From an uncultured Gammaproteobacteria bacterium (GTDB lineage: Bacteria > Patescibacteriota > Microgenomatia > Levybacterales > GWA1-39-11), in NCBI GenBank assembly GCA_964436385.1, contig CAYTCO010000002.1:12720-76719 (forward strand): a DNA stretch of 64,000 nt, read 5' to 3'. The notes under the pieces were generated by a model. That model saw only the letters and a list, made by a program, of their open reading frames with translations. It had not been told where the DNA came from and ran no database searches. Within the stretch, counting starts at the first letter, position 1, and the number at the start of each line of letters is the position of its first letter. The position numbers and the translations under genes are program-made. Below are positions 61,939 through 64,000 of this stretch, in pieces.

Positions 61939-63090
61939 ATGGAAATAGCAGAAAAACCATCGTTTATGAAAAAGTTAGCCAATACATCACGGGCTGTTGT
62001 AGCTGCTACTGCATTTACTTTTGGAAATACCCCAGTACATGAATTACAAAATCCGAGTATCATGGTTGATGCAAGTAGCTATCAAGCACATGAACTACCC
62101 GAGCTAAAATACAAGCTGTATGTAGGAGGTCTTGCAAGCTCAAACGAAAACTACCCAGCCACGGAATTTGGATTCAACACTCATGTCTACGCCAATAAAA
62201 ACACAGTTAGTCCGAACCTTTTAGATCTTGATAGATTCAAGGGTACAGTTAACGATTTAAGTGAAAATAATCAATCATGGATACGTTTTAATATTCCTAG
62301 ATGGGAAGGTGCGAGACTAGTTGATGGAAATCTAGCTTGGGACGAATCAGAAATGAAAGTTTTTGATGAAGCGGTTGGATATGCAAAAGATAAAAAACTT
62401 CAAGTGTTTTTAGTTGCAACCCCACCACCAGTTGAGCCCACGACAGATAAGGATGAATATGCAAGAATAACCCATGACTACTTTTCTTACATGGCCGATA
62501 GATATAAAAACTCTGTCGACGTTTGGCAAATTAATAATGAAATAGATGTTCATCACCCCGCTGATTATTCCTATAACGAGTTTGAAAAACGAGATAAAGA
62601 GTTTATTGAGGCACACGTTAAGGCTGCAAGCGATGCTATTAGATCAAAAGACCCGAGAGCAAATATTGCAGTAAATGTTACTGGCTGGCCTGTAACGGAT
62701 GAGGTACAAGACAATTGGGAGGAATTTATTGAGCCTCTTCTCCCTTACGTAAATGCAATTTCTCTTGATTTATATCCTGATGGAAATACTGCTCAAATTG
62801 AAAGTTTGTCAGATCGGGTTGAGGATATGCGCAAAAAATATAAATTACCAATATATGTTTCAGAAACGGGAATATGTACAGTCGGATGTTATTTGAATGG
62901 CATGAGTCAAAAGGAGATATTAATTCGTATTCTTGAGGATCTAAAGGAGGCAAAGCCGAAAGCAATCATTCTTTATCAATATACAGATGAAGATCTTAAT
63001 AATAAAGTGGAGGGAAGTTTTGGAGTGACTGATGTCGATGGTAATAAGAAAAAAGGATACGAAGAGATTCTTTCGAAAATGCAGAAATGA
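61939..63090 (+). CDS. putative clan GH-A (TIM-barrel) glycoside hydrolase
   Basis: 383 aa. WQINNEID (an NE acid/base-like motif) and YVSETG (a nucleophile-like motif), spaced about 120 aa apart, with a hydrophobic N-terminal segment. Confidence 0.5.
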   Translation: MEIAEKPSFMKKLANTSRAVVAATAFTFGNTPVHELQNPSIMVDASSYQAHELPELKYKLYVGGLASSNENYPATEFGFNTHVYANKNTVSPNLLDLDRFKGTVNDLSENNQSWIRFNIPRWEGARLVDGNLAWDESEMKVFDEAVGYAKDKKLQVFLVATPPPVEPTTDKDEYARITHDYFSYMADRYKNSVDVWQINNEIDVHHPADYSYNEFEKRDKEFIEAHVKAASDAIRSKDPRANIAVNVTGWPVTDEVQDNWEEFIEPLLPYVNAISLDLYPDGNTAQIESLSDRVEDMRKKYKLPIYVSETGICTVGCYLNGMSQKEILIRILEDLKEAKPKAIILYQYTDEDLNNKVEGSFGVTDVDGNKKKGYEEILSKMQK

Positions 63091-63102
63091 TATAATTTTG
63101 AT

Positions 63103-63783
63103 ATGAACAATGATGCAAGAGGACTACTTATTCAGGCCGAACAAGCACGTGAAAGAGGTGATTTTAAACGCTCCTTGGAGCTTCTAGCTACTGCTATTGT
63201 AGCTATTCAAGAGGAGCAAAAAGAGGCAAATATGGTAGACGCACTCTCCTCTCAAGCGCTAGCTTACAGACATTTATTTAACAAAACAGGTTCAAGACAA
63301 TTTATAATTCTTGCAATGTATGCAGCGCTGGCAGCAGTTAAGTTGGCGGAAGATCTTAATGACCCTACCCCACTTGCTATTGCCTATTACAATTTAGGAA
63401 AAACACAAGAAAGCATGAATTTGCTTGATGAAGCACTGACCTCTTACAAAGAGGCGGTAGGTAGGAAAGTTGATCGACCTGCGATGGTCTCTGAAATGAG
63501 AACCAGACTGGCAGTTTTGGAATACAAAATGGGAGACAAGAAAGCCATGGATAGATTTGAAACTGCGCTTGCAGAGCTTAAGAATTCCGGGGATCGTGAC
63601 AATTATGCCAAAAGTGTCTGGATATCAGGTGCTTATATGCATATGTCAGAAGCTTTGATTGGAAAAGAAAACGATAAAGCAATTGGACTATTAGACGAGG
63701 CTAAAAAGGTAATAAACACTGATATGCGTCTAAAACTTCGAAAAATTCAAATAGAAAGATTGTTTCAAAAACTAAACGCTTGA
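63103..63783 (+). CDS. TPR-like helical-repeat hypothetical protein
   Basis: 226 aa with repeated A/L/Y-rich helical pairs (AIAYYNLGKTQESMNLLDEALTSYKEA). Confidence 0.45.
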   Translation: MNNDARGLLIQAEQARERGDFKRSLELLATAIVAIQEEQKEANMVDALSSQALAYRHLFNKTGSRQFIILAMYAALAAVKLAEDLNDPTPLAIAYYNLGKTQESMNLLDEALTSYKEAVGRKVDRPAMVSEMRTRLAVLEYKMGDKKAMDRFETALAELKNSGDRDNYAKSVWISGAYMHMSEALIGKENDKAIGLLDEAKKVINTDMRLKLRKIQIERLFQKLNA

Positions 63784-63802
63784 GCTTCACTCTGTTTTTG
63801 AC

Positions 63803-64000
63803 CTATCTCTTCCCTTTCCCAAAATTAACGTTAACCGCGTTTCCATTTACCCCGACACCAATATGAGTCCAATTATCTAGTTGATTACTGTCATGAGAAG
63901 GATCTGCCCCAAATAGACTTTTTACTATTTTATCTCCATTCATGGGCCCTGATACGTATGCAGAATTTTCGCCTAACGAGTTAAATCCTGATCTTTCAAA
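63803..64000 (-). CDS. 3' end of a CDS that continues beyond the window
   Basis: Open frame from the window edge to TAG (63803-63805). It encodes ...NWTHIGVGVNGNAVNVNFGKGKR. The family is unknown. Confidence 0.35.
   Translation of the reverse strand, partial: FERSGFNSLGENSAYVSGPMNGDKIVKSLFGADPSHDSNQLDNWTHIGVGVNGNAVNVNFGKGKR

Noticed and set aside
1-64000. An alternative genetic code (UGA recoding, as in some CPR lineages)
   Set aside because: All conserved genes are full length under the standard code. TGA is used as a stop at several tightly coupled junctions, such as the ATGA overlaps in the mevalonate operon.

Overview
This 64-kb window comes from an AT-rich, gene-dense bacterial genome. 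My spot counts give 28-33% G+C in typical 60-nt stretches. TAA, TAG and TGA all terminate conserved genes, so the standard code applies. The gene content looks most like a Candidate Phyla Radiation / Patescibacteria (Microgenomates-like) organism, but that is inference only. The supporting features are rpsF-ssb-rpsR with no rplI in the window, a minimal ProRS, two TrpR/YerC-like regulators, small GIY-YIG ORFs, many acidic low-complexity orphan proteins and an archaeal-type mevalonate operon. Well-supported housekeeping genes are ychF, a HIT-family gene, rpsU, ybeY, dnaX, ybaB, prs, proS, prfA, rpmE, hisS, hisD, htrA, rpsF, ssb, rpsR, ctpA, cysS, dnaB, tRNA-Leu(CAA), pepN, efp, yebC, ruvC and a Xer-type recombinase. 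A tightly coupled mevalonate operon (idi / HMGR-HMGS-thiolase-DUF35-MVK-GHMP kinase-MDD) spans 12978-20053. The best candidate for an undescribed system lies at 2577-8109. A resident ychF has been reduced to a 30-codon 5' stub and an 8-codon 3' stub, both differing from the intact copy only at synonymous sites. The stubs flank a ~5.4-kb insert that carries its own intact ychF and a four-gene cassette. The cassette encodes a radical SAM enzyme, an archaeal-type NMP kinase, an ITPase/HAM1 pyrophosphatase and a 605-aa orphan with a GNAT-like C-terminus, and it contains near-consensus divergent promoters. I read it as a possible nucleotide-modifying, perhaps antiviral, module. Other accessory signals:
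- A ~1-kb islet of about 50% GC (11881-12977) with three tiny ORFs behind strong GGAGG ribosome-binding sites (identical GGAGGTGAGAAAATG for two of them).
- A GIY-YIG pseudogene bounded by perfect 16-bp inverted repeats, wedged between hisS and an EamA transporter gene.
- A second GIY-YIG ORF sitting between tRNA-Leu and a decayed duplicate of the tRNA 5' half.
- A perfect 17-bp inverted repeat bracketing ybeY.
- Families of short 'rhyming word' repeats in gene leaders, which also occur inside the dnaX linker.
- A duplicated two-gene module at 22120-25138.
- A 1.1-kb ORF-poor region next to the recombinase (59042-60182), packed with TGAGGCTA motifs and hairpins.
No CRISPR array, rRNA gene or transposase was seen.
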